Source: Verrucomicrobiota bacterium
GTDB lineage: Bacteria; Verrucomicrobiota; Verrucomicrobiia; Limisphaerales; UBA11320
Direction: 5' to 3'
NCBI GenBank assembly: GCA_016199985.1
Contig: JACQFQ010000013.1
Coordinates: forward strand, 5,756-69,755
Length of the DNA stretch: 64,000 bases
A program made the position numbers and the translations under genes. The notes under the pieces are model-generated. The model did not search any database. It saw nothing but the letters and a program-made list of their open reading frames with translations, and had not been told where the DNA came from. Positions 31,801 to 40,211 of this stretch are shown in pieces (within the stretch, counting starts at the first letter, position 1; each line of letters begins with the position of its first letter).

Positions 31801-32510
31801 CCATCAATCGCCAGCTGGGCGCGATTGGTTCCGACGCTCGTGCTTTGAAGAGCGGAGCCCGATCGCGCGAGATTGGCCGGGATGGCCGCGGGCTGGTTGG
31901 TGTCAAAGCCAATCGCGGCGGGCGCCCAGCCCGCGATCCAACGCGCATCCGGCTTAAAGCCGGGGCTCGCCCAGTCCGCAGGCAGGCTGGCGGCGTTTGT
32001 AGGGATCAGTATTTGGGGAACGACGCCGGCCAGCAGGGACTGGGTGATCTGGTTCTGCGCGGTCCCGAAGGACACGTCGTTGCGAGTCGCCGGGTAATCA
32101 GGCTCGAAGCTGCTGGCGACGGTCGCGCCATCGGGCTTCACCAGCGCCAGCCAGCCGCCGCCCGCGTTGAGCCGGAAATTTGTGTGCAGGTGCGCCGCGT
32201 CTGAGGCGCGATTCTTGCCTGACGCGAAGACCAGAAGATAGCCGCCTGGAGCGATCGTCACCGACGGGAAGAGCCACTTCGTGAGCTCCAGGCGCGAGTC
32301 GGTGAGCGACCAATGGAGCAGGTTGACGGGAAGCGGCGTGGCGTTCTGGATCTCAAGCCAATCGGAGAACGCGCCGTCCTCGTCCTTGAGCGTGCTCGTG
32401 TTGGCCGGCATGACCTCGGAGATAAAGACGCCGGGCGATTGCGCCTGGACCACGAGTTCAGCGGAGAGGAGTAGAAGCGAGAGGAAGGCCGGACAAGCAC
32501 GTCGAGACAT
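25887..32510 (-). CDS. Secreted multidomain protein: lamin-tail domains, two F-type lectin-like domains, CotH kinase, Ig-like domains
   Basis: Start 32510 (MSRRACPAFLSLLLLSAELVVQA signal peptide). LTD motifs ISEVM...DWLEIQN, VSELMY...EFIELHN, NEAL...DYIELFN. CotH motifs LRVRGG, HLYLNGQYWGLY, DVDNLIDYML. Three Ig-like repeats near the C-terminus. Confidence 0.9.
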   Translation of the reverse strand: MSRRACPAFLSLLLLSAELVVQAQSPGVFISEVMPANTSTLKDEDGAFSDWLEIQNATPLPVNLLHWSLTDSRLELTKWLFPSVTIAPGGYLLVFASGKNRASDAAHLHTNFRLNAGGGWLALVKPDGATVASSFEPDYPATRNDVSFGTAQNQITQSLLAGVVPQILIPTNAASLPADWASPGFKPDARWIAGWAPAAIGFDTNQPAAIPANLARSGSALQSTSVGTNRAQLAIDGAVTDFTQTLATDTAPFWQVTLSTDASIQSVVLRNRSSGCCASRLRDITIDIMNTNRTTTNFTSSLLNGENAGRLFPAGPDSIVLDLVQLAGGPVDGQVIRVSRRADPDLSGSGGQGGSDEIATLSLAEVEVNGIPKSSTDVNLARVGNPAPTATQSTTLGGYAAGLAINGLLTDFTHTLGTDANPFWMLNLGRMAWVKSVTLYNRGDGCCGSRLRDITVEVLAADTNTVLYQSPLLNAENARYTAPAGPDKLAVELSDSPVIGQFVRVRRTPDPDLSGSGGQGDGNEGAVISLGEVSVLGSDVAGYRPYIRTDLQAQMLGRTASAFARLPFVVTDPSALNALSLRVRYDDGFILYLNGVRVLDRNAPAVPAWNSTATAKRDVAQALAAETIDLFSSRSLLVPGANVLAVQVLNTKAADGNLLFQPELVSTVIESSPNAFLSSPTPGQRNESAYYFGEVADTRFSVDRGFFDAPFSLSITSATPDAVIYYSVDCAEPEPGRGQLYTGPITITNTTVLRARAFRDQWKPSNVDTHTYLFLADVIHQAPTGAAPPHFPATWGANSVDYGMDPNVVNLYTLAEWKEALTQIPSVSIVTEMENLFDASSGIYANALQHGSEWERPGSIELLDPTNAVPGRFQENCGLRVRGGYSRNVQYVKHSLRVFFRSEYGVGKLRYPMFEDQGATEFDGFDLRSSQNYAWSTESDPSIGKQETMVREVFSRQTLGALGQPYRRSRYYHLYLNGQYWGLYETDERPEASYGATYLGGNKEDYDVVKCGNHAQGFVTEATDGTMLAFSNLWSMARSLSTNASNARYFSILGRNADGSRNPALPVMVDVDNLIDYMLVIFYTGDGDATLSSFLGNAMPNNWFGMRDRTNPDRGFIFFNSDAEHTLGAANSQVDRTGPFPSPNQNLLAYANPQWIHEDLMRNAEYRLRFADHVQRHFFNGGALTSEAGVGRFMGKASQITRAIRAYSARWGDAKKEPPYLEADWYAEITNIVRNWFPPRTVIVLQQLKDDSLYPAVKPPAFSQLGGNVPAGYALEITQGTPGATLFYTLDGSDPRRAGGAAGDTAQVYAGPIAINAPTQVRARVLSGKDWSAVMEATFFPPQDLSRLVVSELMYAPLPDGLTDGAEFEFIELHNAGPTSLRLAGLQFTRGITYTFSADAQLAAGGYLILARNPAAFAKRYPGVAVYGKYEGKLDNAGETIALSHPLGGTVFSFSYEVLAPWPATAREMGFSLVFAGSDSTTMNDPAVWRASGAAGGSPGAVDPTPAIPRVLVNEALTHSPLGSDYIELFNPTSERVDIGGWFLTDDPAIPGKFTIPSSTTIAPFSYALFAEPEFNNPLAGTNAFALSSRGDSVYIFSADTGGRLTGFSHGFAFGAAPQGGTLGRMVISTGEEQFALQTSATPLDANAGPLIGPVVITEIHYNPAAPALEFIELKNISLDAVPLFDPAHPTNTWRLSGVGYDFPLNTTLAPGEIIVMAPVTPAAFRAQETVPAKTRIFGPYSGALQDSGERIDLQRPDLPDAAGVAYITVDGVRYNDHAPWPPEADGAGPSLQRKNPLAYGNDPANWQAALSTPGTEFIGGSAPALSSQPQGRSVRVGERVVFSVGATGPGPLRFQWRFNGAPLDSGAAPDWIIDRARPQDAGNYSVVVFNEFGAVASGVASLTVLQPPTIYVQPANQYARPGAKATFTVVAAGDGPVRYQWRFQGKTLDLATSASLVVTNVQLKDVGTYQATVQDRVGGVESVEAALNLLIDPLIVQNPVSQPVIAGSSVILSVEVTNTATLPIGYRWRRNDTNIPGGFVVLNDRTSFFTVTNVQATATNFSVLVTNLSRTAGFISAKAFLAIVEDKNGDGVSDAWEAAFGFGAGNLSEDFDHDGMSNLQEYLAGTNPTNALSVLRLRPVGLGGGVSVAFDAVSNHTYSVQYSEALPAAQWLRWVDFSARGSNWTPSLPVPLDGPQRYLRVVTPRQ

Positions 32511-32731
32511 ACAGAGATACAGGGCGATCGGATGTTCGCGATCAAGATGGACCCACTGGGAGTGAAAAGAAAGTCGCATGTTGGACCTCGGGCGCGGCCC
32601 TATCAATCCCGACCGGATAGCGCGCGGCTCGGCGTGTTCCAGGAACATCGGAGGGACGCCGCTCACGCCCGCAAACTGCATTGACCCGAGCGGAATCGCT
32701 GGCAGTGTGTCGCCAACACCACTTGCCCCTC

Positions 32732-33832
32732 ATGACACTCGAAGCTTCACGATCGACGGCCGGTTCCAATCCACGCGCGGCGACTCTGCTCGCCCTGGCC
32801 TTGACCCTGCTCGCGGGCCGGGTGGCAACGGCGGCGGAACCGTCCAACAATCTGATCGTGGCCAAAGGCGCCAAGCTGGAATTGCTTCATACGCGCCAGG
32901 TGAAACTCAACAGCGGCCTCACCGAAGGGCCTGCCCTGGCGCCGGACGGAAGCGTGTATTTCACCGACATGCCGTTCGGAAAGGACAACGGAATGATCCT
33001 CCGCTTCGATCCCAAAACCCGGAAGACCACGGTCTTCACCGACAACTCCGGCAAGTCCAACGGGCTGGCCTTTGATGAAAAAGGGAATCTTCTTTCGTGT
33101 GACGGAGCGGACGGAGGCAGCCGCGCTATTCGGCGTTGGAATCTCAAGACCGGGCAGAGCGAGATTCTCGCCGATCGATATCAGGGCAAGCGCCTCAACT
33201 CCCCGAACGATCTTTGCGTCGATTCGAGAGGACGGGTTTACTTTACCGACCCCCGCTACAGTGGGGCCGAGCCGCGCGAACTCCCCAACGAGGCGGTGTA
33301 TCGCGCCGAGAAGAATGGCGAGGTCATCGAGATCACCCGCGAGGTGGAGAAGCCCAACGGCCTCGCCCTGAGCCCGGACGAGCGAACGCTTTATCTCATC
33401 GATCACAACAACGGCGGCAACCGGCTGTCGCCCTCCGATCCCGAGCCGAAGCGCGGGGCGATGAAGATCTATGCGTTCCCGCTCAACGACCAGGGCCGCG
33501 TCAGCGGACCTCGAAAAACTCTCGTGGACTTTGGCAAGGAAAGCGGCGGAGACGGCATGCGGGTGGACGCGAAGGGGAACATCTACGTGGCCGTCCGCAG
33601 CCTCGCCCGACCCGGCCTTTTGGTGATCAATCCCGCCGGCGCCGAGCAGGCTTTCATCCCCACAGGGCCCACCAACCAAAGCGGGCTTTTCGAGGAGTGG
33701 AGAGGCATCCCGAGCAACATGGAGTTCGGCACCGGCGCGGACAGGCACACGCTTTATGTCACCATGGACAAGAGCCTCTATCGCATCCGCGTCAAGACTC
33801 AGGGACTTCCTCCGCGCTGGGCCGGACGATAG
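32732..33832 (+). CDS. SMP-30/gluconolactonase family protein with signal peptide
   Basis: TEGP, SNGL, KRLNSPND, YFTDP, KPNGLALSPDE, DGMRVD motifs; ATG 32732 preferred. Confidence 0.9.
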   Translation: MTLEASRSTAGSNPRAATLLALALTLLAGRVATAAEPSNNLIVAKGAKLELLHTRQVKLNSGLTEGPALAPDGSVYFTDMPFGKDNGMILRFDPKTRKTTVFTDNSGKSNGLAFDEKGNLLSCDGADGGSRAIRRWNLKTGQSEILADRYQGKRLNSPNDLCVDSRGRVYFTDPRYSGAEPRELPNEAVYRAEKNGEVIEITREVEKPNGLALSPDERTLYLIDHNNGGNRLSPSDPEPKRGAMKIYAFPLNDQGRVSGPRKTLVDFGKESGGDGMRVDAKGNIYVAVRSLARPGLLVINPAGAEQAFIPTGPTNQSGLFEEWRGIPSNMEFGTGADRHTLYVTMDKSLYRIRVKTQGLPPRWAGR

Positions 33833-33851
33833 CGCATATTGTTAAGGAATC

Positions 33852-34883
33852 ATGCTCCTGAACAACCACTCCCGCGGCGCCGCGACAATGGGGCGTCTTC
33901 CATCCGACCGCGGCTACGAGGCGGATGATCGATGGGCGCGGTTGCCTGCAGGCTATAGCTGGATGGAAGTCGTCGCGATCGCCACCGACGCGCAGGACCG
34001 TGTCTTTGTTTTTAACCGGGGCGAGCACCCGGTCATGGTCTTCAATCCCGACGGATCCTTTCTGCGCTCCTGGGGCGAGGGCTTGTTCGCCCGGCCTCAT
34101 GGCATCTTCATCGGGCCCGACGACGCGGTGTATTGCACTGACGACCTCGACCACACCGTCCGCAAGTTCACGCCCGACGGCAACCTTCTCCTCACTCTCG
34201 GGACCAGCGGCCGTCCGTCGGACACGGGCGCGACCAGCGTGGACTACCGCACCATCCTGCGAGCCGGCCCGCCATTTCACTATCCCACCAATGTCGCGCT
34301 TTCGTCCTCGGGGGAGATTTACGTCGGCGATGGATACGGCAACGCCAGGATCCACAAGTTCGCGCCCGATGGTCGATTGCTTCTTTCCTGGGGCGAGCCG
34401 GGAAATGGTCCCGGCCAGTTTCACGTGCCGCATGGAATCGCGGTGGGCCCGGATGGGATCGTGTACGTGGCGGACCGTGAGAACAGCCGCATCCAGCTTT
34501 TTGCGCCCGATGGCGGATTCCTTTCGGAGTGGACCGATGTGGCGCGACCCTGTCAGGTCTTCATCGACCGCGAAGGCCATGTTTATGTGGCCGAGCTGGG
34601 TTTTCGCGCGGGGATGTGGCCCGGGGTTTCCGCTCCCTCCGCGGAGGCAACCGGCGGACGGGTGAGCATTTTCAATCGAAGCGGCGATCTTCGGGCCCGC
34701 TGGGGCGGCGGCGAAAGACCTTGCGATCCCGGAGACTTCTTCGCGCCGCACGGCATCTGGGTCGACTCGCGCGGCGATTTCTATGTGGCCGAGGTCGTCA
34801 TGTCGGCCGGCGGCAAGCGGGGCCTGGTGCCGCCCACATGCCACACGTTGCAAAAATTTGTTCGACAGAAAGGCGCATCATGA
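33852..34883 (+). CDS. NHL-repeat beta-propeller (peptidyl-alpha-hydroxyglycine lyase-like family)
   Basis: Repeated F..PHGI, YVGDGYGNARIHKF, YVADRENSRIQLF. Confidence 0.88.
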   Translation: MLLNNHSRGAATMGRLPSDRGYEADDRWARLPAGYSWMEVVAIATDAQDRVFVFNRGEHPVMVFNPDGSFLRSWGEGLFARPHGIFIGPDDAVYCTDDLDHTVRKFTPDGNLLLTLGTSGRPSDTGATSVDYRTILRAGPPFHYPTNVALSSSGEIYVGDGYGNARIHKFAPDGRLLLSWGEPGNGPGQFHVPHGIAVGPDGIVYVADRENSRIQLFAPDGGFLSEWTDVARPCQVFIDREGHVYVAELGFRAGMWPGVSAPSAEATGGRVSIFNRSGDLRARWGGGERPCDPGDFFAPHGIWVDSRGDFYVAEVVMSAGGKRGLVPPTCHTLQKFVRQKGAS

Positions 34884-35977
34884 AGGCTTGGCGGTTTTAC
34901 GGTTTCAATGACATGCGGCTCGAAGACGTGCCCGCGCCCGTCCGGGCCCCCGGACAGGTGCTGGTCGAGCCCTTGTTCGTGCAGCCCAGTGTGACGGAGG
35001 CGCAGCTCGCGCGGGGAATCCCGACTCTGGCGCTGGATCGAATCAAGCGCCGCCTCGAGACCGAGGCGCCCGTCCAGCTTTTTGGACATGAGTTCTGCGC
35101 CCGTGTCCTCGAATCCGATGCCGCCAGCCGGTTCCACGTGGGCGATCGGGTCGCGGCGCGAGCGAAGCTGCCTTGCGGAAAATGCCCGCTTTGCAAATCG
35201 GAGCGGAGCGAACTCTGCCGCAAGGGACCGGTCATCGGATTCGACCTGCCCGGCTGCTTCTCCGAGATCGCCTCGATCCCGGAGATCGCGCTCGTCAAAG
35301 TCGACGACCGGATCTCCGACAGCGAAGCCGCGTGCCTGCAGTCGCTGAGCGACAGCGTTGCGGCGGTCGAAACGGCGCAACTCCGGATTGCGGACTCTGT
35401 GGTGATCTTCGGCCAAGGCAGCATGGGATTGGAATGCCTGCAAATCGCCCGTCTGAGCGGCGCGGGACAGGTCATCACCGTCGATGTGCGCGACGAGGCG
35501 TGCGAGATCTCCCGCGAGCTCGGGGCGGACCACGCCCTGAACGCCCGCGCCTGCGACGTCGTTGAAGCCATCCGCGACCTGACCGATGGCAACGGCGCGG
35601 ATGTGGTCTTCGAGTGCGCGGGCGGCAGTCCGAAGCAAGGGCTGGCCGGGAATCAGACTCTCCTCCAGGCTTTGGAGACGACGCGCTCCGGCGGGAAGAT
35701 CATCGGCGTTTCCTGGTTTGGCGCCCCTTTGCTGTTGAACATCGATTTGCTCCGCGAGCGCAGCCTCCGCTACCTCTTCCCGGATATCAGCACGCAGGCG
35801 CATCTGGCGCACACCGTCCAGCTGGTCGCCTCCGGTCGGGTTAGATTGAAAGCGACGATCACGCATGTGCTTTCTGGAATCGAGTCGGTCCCCCGCGCTT
35901 TCGAGATCACCGCGAACAAGGGGAAATACAAAGCGATCAACCCGGCGCAAGTGATGATGCGTCCGCCAGAGGCCTGA
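34880..35977 (+). CDS. Medium-chain (zinc-binding type) dehydrogenase
   Basis: ATG 34880 overlaps the upstream stop. GHE motif, CGKCPLC...C structural zinc site, GQGSMG Rossmann motif, GADVVFECAG. Confidence 0.88.
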   Translation: MKAWRFYGFNDMRLEDVPAPVRAPGQVLVEPLFVQPSVTEAQLARGIPTLALDRIKRRLETEAPVQLFGHEFCARVLESDAASRFHVGDRVAARAKLPCGKCPLCKSERSELCRKGPVIGFDLPGCFSEIASIPEIALVKVDDRISDSEAACLQSLSDSVAAVETAQLRIADSVVIFGQGSMGLECLQIARLSGAGQVITVDVRDEACEISRELGADHALNARACDVVEAIRDLTDGNGADVVFECAGGSPKQGLAGNQTLLQALETTRSGGKIIGVSWFGAPLLLNIDLLRERSLRYLFPDISTQAHLAHTVQLVASGRVRLKATITHVLSGIESVPRAFEITANKGKYKAINPAQVMMRPPEA

Positions 35978-36005
35978 AAGGGAGTCGCCCGATTCGGATG
36001 TGGTC

Positions 36006-36109
36006 GCCCGCGAAACACGCTAAAGACGCGAAAGAGGCGGGACAGAAAACCGATGCTCTCACATTCCTCGATCCATTCCCATTTCGCGCTTTTAGCGTGT
36101 TTCGCGGGC
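36006..36109. repeat. Intergenic inverted repeat (28-bp imperfect arms)
   Basis: GCCCGCGAAACACGCTAAAGACGCGAAA (36006-36033) pairs with TTTCGCGCTTTTAGCGTGTTTCGCGGGC (36082-36109). Confidence 0.8.
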
Positions 36110-36173
36110 AACCTCCCGGACGCCCGATGTTCCGTATTGCCCAGTGCTGACGAAATGGAAGCTGGGACATCGT

Positions 36174-36254
36174 CAGGACTGGAAACATTACATCGGTCAT
36201 CCCGTGCTCTTTGTGGAGAGCTTTGTCGATCCACAACGCTATCGCAGCGCCTGA
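36174..36254 (+). pseudogene. Short remnant resembling DUF4338 (DruA-like) proteins
   Basis: Frame reads QDWKHYIGHPVLFVESFVDPQRYRSA*, similar to the family segment DW...YGHP.LL.ETFVDP.RF.GTCY; no start or remainder present. Confidence 0.55.
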
Positions 36255-36385
36255 CACGCCGCACGGCGTTTCTCGTCCCAGAATCACCACGGCGCCGACT
36301 TTGTCGGTAGCCGTGAAGCGGGGTATTGAACGAAAGCGCGCGCGCTTGCCATGGCGGCGACGCCGGGTATTGTCCGCGCGAACTC

Positions 36386-37297
36386 ATGAACGCCACCCCA
36401 CGCGAGCTGCGCGGTGTCCTGCCCGTCTTCCAAACACCCTACCACCCTGACGAAACGATCGACTACGCGACGCTCGAGCGCGAAATCCACTGGCTCCAGG
36501 ACTGTGGCGCGGCCGGGATTGTCATGGGGATGGTGTCCGAGACGCTCCGCCTCTCCAGCGAAGAGCGGGAGGAACTGGCCGCGGCCGCCTGTAGATTGGG
36601 GCGCGCCCGCGGGGTGGTTGTCATTAGCGTCGGCACGGAGTCGGCAAAGCTCGCCGAACGCTACAGCCGGCACGCCGAGGCCCAGGGCGCGGACGCCGTG
36701 ATGGCCATTCCTCCGGTGTCCACGGGCATCGGCGAGGCGGAGTTGCTCGCCTACTACCGCCGGATCATCGAAGCCATCCGGATCCCGGTGATTGTTCAAG
36801 ACGCGAGCGGCTACGTTGGCAAGCCGATGCCCATCGCCCTGCAGGCGCGGCTGCTCGATGAATTCGGCGCCTCCCGCGTGCTTTACAAACCCGAGGCCAA
36901 CCCGATCGGGCCCAAACTGTCCGAGCTCCGCGACGCCACCGACGGACGCGCGCGGATCTTCGAAGGCACGGGGGGCATCGCGCTTGTCGATTCGTACCGA
37001 CGCGGGATCGTGGGGACAATGCCCGGGGCGGATCTTATCCGCGGACTCGTCGCCCTCTGGCGCGCGCTCGTGTCGGGGGACTCCGAGCGCGCCGACAGGA
37101 TCCACGGCCCGCTCGCCGCGCTCATCTCCATGCAAACCAGCCTCGACGCTTTTCTCGCCGTGGAGAAGCACCTGCTGGTGCGGCAAGGCGTCTTCAAGAA
37201 TACGATGATCCGAGGGCCTGTTGGCTTCCGGCTTGATGAAGAAACCACCCGCGAGGTGGATCGCCTCTTCGACCGGCTCATGGAGGCGGCGGCCTAA
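36386..37297 (+). CDS. DHDPS/NAL family lyase, L-2-keto-3-deoxyarabonate dehydratase-like
   Basis: GVLPVFQTPY, IVQDAS (Gln instead of catalytic Tyr), YKPE Schiff-base Lys, FEG, GTMPG. Confidence 0.8.
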   Translation: MNATPRELRGVLPVFQTPYHPDETIDYATLEREIHWLQDCGAAGIVMGMVSETLRLSSEEREELAAAACRLGRARGVVVISVGTESAKLAERYSRHAEAQGADAVMAIPPVSTGIGEAELLAYYRRIIEAIRIPVIVQDASGYVGKPMPIALQARLLDEFGASRVLYKPEANPIGPKLSELRDATDGRARIFEGTGGIALVDSYRRGIVGTMPGADLIRGLVALWRALVSGDSERADRIHGPLAALISMQTSLDAFLAVEKHLLVRQGVFKNTMIRGPVGFRLDEETTREVDRLFDRLMEAAA

Positions 37298-37394
37298 TGG
37301 CGAACGAGCGCCCATTCCAGCGAATGAGGAATCCACGAAGCGCTATCATGAAGCGAAGGCGAGGGATGTTTGCCGAACCCCGGGAGATGGCGCA

Positions 37395-38729
37395 TTGAAC
37401 CAGCCGCCCGCCAACGCCGCGCCGACGCAAGCGCGCTTTGTTGTTCTCGCGGGGTTGTGCGTCGCCGCGGCGCTCTCCTACGTCAGCCGAAACGCCATCG
37501 GCGTCGCGGAGAGCACGGTGCGGGCGGACCTCGGCTTGAGCAAGGATCAGACGGGATGGCTGATGAGCGCGTTCTTCCTCTCGTATGCTCTCTGCCAGAT
37601 CCCGGGCGCCTGGGTCGGGGAGCGGTTCGGCGCGCGACGGGCGCTTCCGGCGTTCGCCATTGTCTGGTCCATCGCGACCGCGGCAACGGCGCTGGGCAGC
37701 TTCGCCGGCCTCCTCGCGATGCGCGTCGTCAAGGGCGTGGCGCAGGCCGGGCTGTTTCCGGTGAGCACGGGAGTCATCGCCAAATGGTTTCCCAGCACGG
37801 GCCGCGGCTTCGCGGTTGGCGCGCACGGCAGCTTCATGTCCGTGGGAGGCGCGGTGGGGGCGTCTCTGACGGGGTGGCTCGTCTCGGAGGTCGGCTGGCG
37901 TTGGATGTTCATCCTCTACTCCCTGCCGGGCCCCTTGTGGGCGATCTGGTTCTGGTGGTGGTTCCGCGAAACCCCGCGCGAACATGGATCGGTGAACGCG
38001 GGCGAGCTCGAGCTGCTAGGCGTCGTGAGGAAACCGGAAGGAGCGAAGCCGCAGGATCCCCGCCCGCCCAGATCGCCCGCTCGCTTCTGGCTCCAGATCC
38101 TCACCAGCCCTGCGATGTGGTGCATCTGCGGGCAGCAGCTTTTTCGCGGGGCCGGCTACGTTTTTTTCACCAGCTGGTTCGCGACCTACCTCCAGGAGGC
38201 TCGCGGCGTCACCATCGTGAAGTCCGGATTCCTCACGATGCTGCCCCTGCTCGCGGTGGTCGCGGGAAGCCTTGTTGGAGGCTGGGTTTCTGACGCGGTC
38301 CTGAGGCGCACCGGGAGCCGGCGTCTCGCGCGACAAGGCATCGCCGGAATCTCGCTGGGACTTTGCTCCGCTCTCACCCTCTCAGCCTATTTCTTCGCCG
38401 ATCCTCTGGCGGCGGTGCTCGTCATCAGCATCGGCTCATTTTTCGCGGGCGTCGCGGGGCCTTGCGCCTATGCGATCACCATCGACATGGGCGGTGAACA
38501 TGTCCCGACGGTCAATAGCGTGATGAACATGGCCGGCAACTTCGGCGCGATGCTCTCTCCGGTGGTCGTGCCCTGGCTGTTGCGCGCGACTGAAAGCTGG
38601 AACCAAGTGCTCTTCTGCTTCGGCATGGTTTACTTCGTCAGCGCGCTGCTCTGGTGGATGCTCAAGTCCGAGGGCAGCGTCTTTGATCAAGCCCTGGCCC
38701 GCCCCAACCCAAAAGGATTCAACCCATGA
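37395..38729 (+). CDS. MFS transporter (anion:cation symporter / sugar-acid type)
   Basis: About 12 hydrophobic segments; YALCQIPGAWVGERFGAR, KWFP...RG, NMAGNFG. TTG 37395 after GGGAG chosen as start (uncertain). Confidence 0.88.
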   Translation: MNQPPANAAPTQARFVVLAGLCVAAALSYVSRNAIGVAESTVRADLGLSKDQTGWLMSAFFLSYALCQIPGAWVGERFGARRALPAFAIVWSIATAATALGSFAGLLAMRVVKGVAQAGLFPVSTGVIAKWFPSTGRGFAVGAHGSFMSVGGAVGASLTGWLVSEVGWRWMFILYSLPGPLWAIWFWWWFRETPREHGSVNAGELELLGVVRKPEGAKPQDPRPPRSPARFWLQILTSPAMWCICGQQLFRGAGYVFFTSWFATYLQEARGVTIVKSGFLTMLPLLAVVAGSLVGGWVSDAVLRRTGSRRLARQGIAGISLGLCSALTLSAYFFADPLAAVLVISIGSFFAGVAGPCAYAITIDMGGEHVPTVNSVMNMAGNFGAMLSPVVVPWLLRATESWNQVLFCFGMVYFVSALLWWMLKSEGSVFDQALARPNPKGFNP

Positions 38730-40186
38730 CCCGGATCGAAACCCCTCAAAGCCGCTGCCGCTTCGCCCTCGCATGGGGCGATATCACGCCGCCCGCCGAC
38801 ATTTATCATCGGATGTGGGGCGCGGCCAAACACGAACGCGCCACAGGAATCCACCGTCCGCTGCGGGCGACGGCGGCCGTCTTCGCCCCTGCGAACGACA
38901 CGCCGTCGGCGCCCGGCGCAGCGCACCCTGCCCCGCAGGTCGTCCTGGCCCTCGACCACTGCGTGCTCGGCGCTGAGGAGCATCGGCGTCTGCTGACGCG
39001 GCTCACGCAGGTCGTCGGGCTGCCGGAGGAGGTGTTCCTCATCGTTTTCTCACACACGCACGCCGCGGGCTTGATGGGGCTGGAGCGCGCCTCGCTGCCG
39101 GGCGGCGATTTGATTCCAAGCTACCTCCAGCGCATGGGCGAACGCGCGGCGGAGTTGGTTAGAGAGGCGTTGGAAAAGCTGGCGCTCGTCGATATCTGCT
39201 ACGCCACGGGTCGATGCAACCTCGCGGCGCATCGCGATTTTTGGGACGCGGCAAGCCAGAGCTTCGTCTGCGGGTTCAATCCCGCGGCTCCGGCGGATGA
39301 CACCGTCCTTGTTGCGCGAGTCACCGGTTCGGATGGCGCGGTGCTTGCCACCCTGGTGAACTACGCCTGCCATCCGACCACGCTCGCTTGGGATAACTCG
39401 CTCATCAGCCCGGACTACATCGGCGCGCTCCGCGAGGTCGTGGAGCGCGAAACGAAGGCGCCCTGCCTCTTTCTCCAAGGAGCGAGCGGCGAACTGGGCC
39501 CGGTCGAGGGGTATGTCGGCGACCCCGCCGTCGCGGATCGCAATGGTCGGCAGCTTGCCTACGCCGCCCTCTCCGCGTTGACGGCGCTTCCGGCGGCGGG
39601 CACGCGCTTTCGCTACACAGGCCCAGTCGTGTCAGGCGCGACCCTCGGCGCCTGGGCTCACGAGCCATTGGCCGCCGATGAACTCGCCTCGAAGCAGGCA
39701 TGGGAGGTCGCGCGCTGGAGCGAGCCGCTGCCCTATCGCCCCGGACTCCCCACGGCGGCTCTGGTTGAGATCGAACTGAAGCGCTTCCTCTCCGATGAGG
39801 ACGCCGCTCGAGCCAAGGGCGACGCGACCCAGGCCTCCGAATGCCGCGCCATGGCGGAGCGGAAACGCCGCCTGCTGCATCGATTGGCTCAATTGCCGCC
39901 GGGCGAGAAGTTCCCGTTGCAAATCATCGTTTGGCGGATGGGCGACGCCCTCTGGGTCGGCGTGCAGGGCGAGCTCTACAGCGTCCTTCAAACCGAGTTG
40001 CGTCGGCGCTTCCCCGCCAAGGCCATCGTGGTGGCCACAGTCGCGGCGGACTGGGGCGCGTCCTATCTGCCTCCGCGCGACATCTACGGAACGGGCATTT
40101 ACCAGGAGACCATCGCCGTCGTCGCTCCGGGCAGCCTGGAACGCGTGATCGAGTCGATCGCCGCGCGGATGCAGGAGCTGGGCTGA
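38726..40186 (+). CDS. Neutral/alkaline ceramidase-like hydrolase
   Basis: DITPP, SHTHA, LVNYACHPTTL, ISPDY, FLQGASG motifs; ATGA overlap with the MFS stop. Confidence 0.75.
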   Translation: MTRIETPQSRCRFALAWGDITPPADIYHRMWGAAKHERATGIHRPLRATAAVFAPANDTPSAPGAAHPAPQVVLALDHCVLGAEEHRRLLTRLTQVVGLPEEVFLIVFSHTHAAGLMGLERASLPGGDLIPSYLQRMGERAAELVREALEKLALVDICYATGRCNLAAHRDFWDAASQSFVCGFNPAAPADDTVLVARVTGSDGAVLATLVNYACHPTTLAWDNSLISPDYIGALREVVERETKAPCLFLQGASGELGPVEGYVGDPAVADRNGRQLAYAALSALTALPAAGTRFRYTGPVVSGATLGAWAHEPLAADELASKQAWEVARWSEPLPYRPGLPTAALVEIELKRFLSDEDAARAKGDATQASECRAMAERKRRLLHRLAQLPPGEKFPLQIIVWRMGDALWVGVQGELYSVLQTELRRRFPAKAIVVATVAADWGASYLPPRDIYGTGIYQETIAVVAPGSLERVIESIAARMQELG

Positions 40187-40211
40187 CGAATGAACAGCAG
40201 GTTGAACACAC

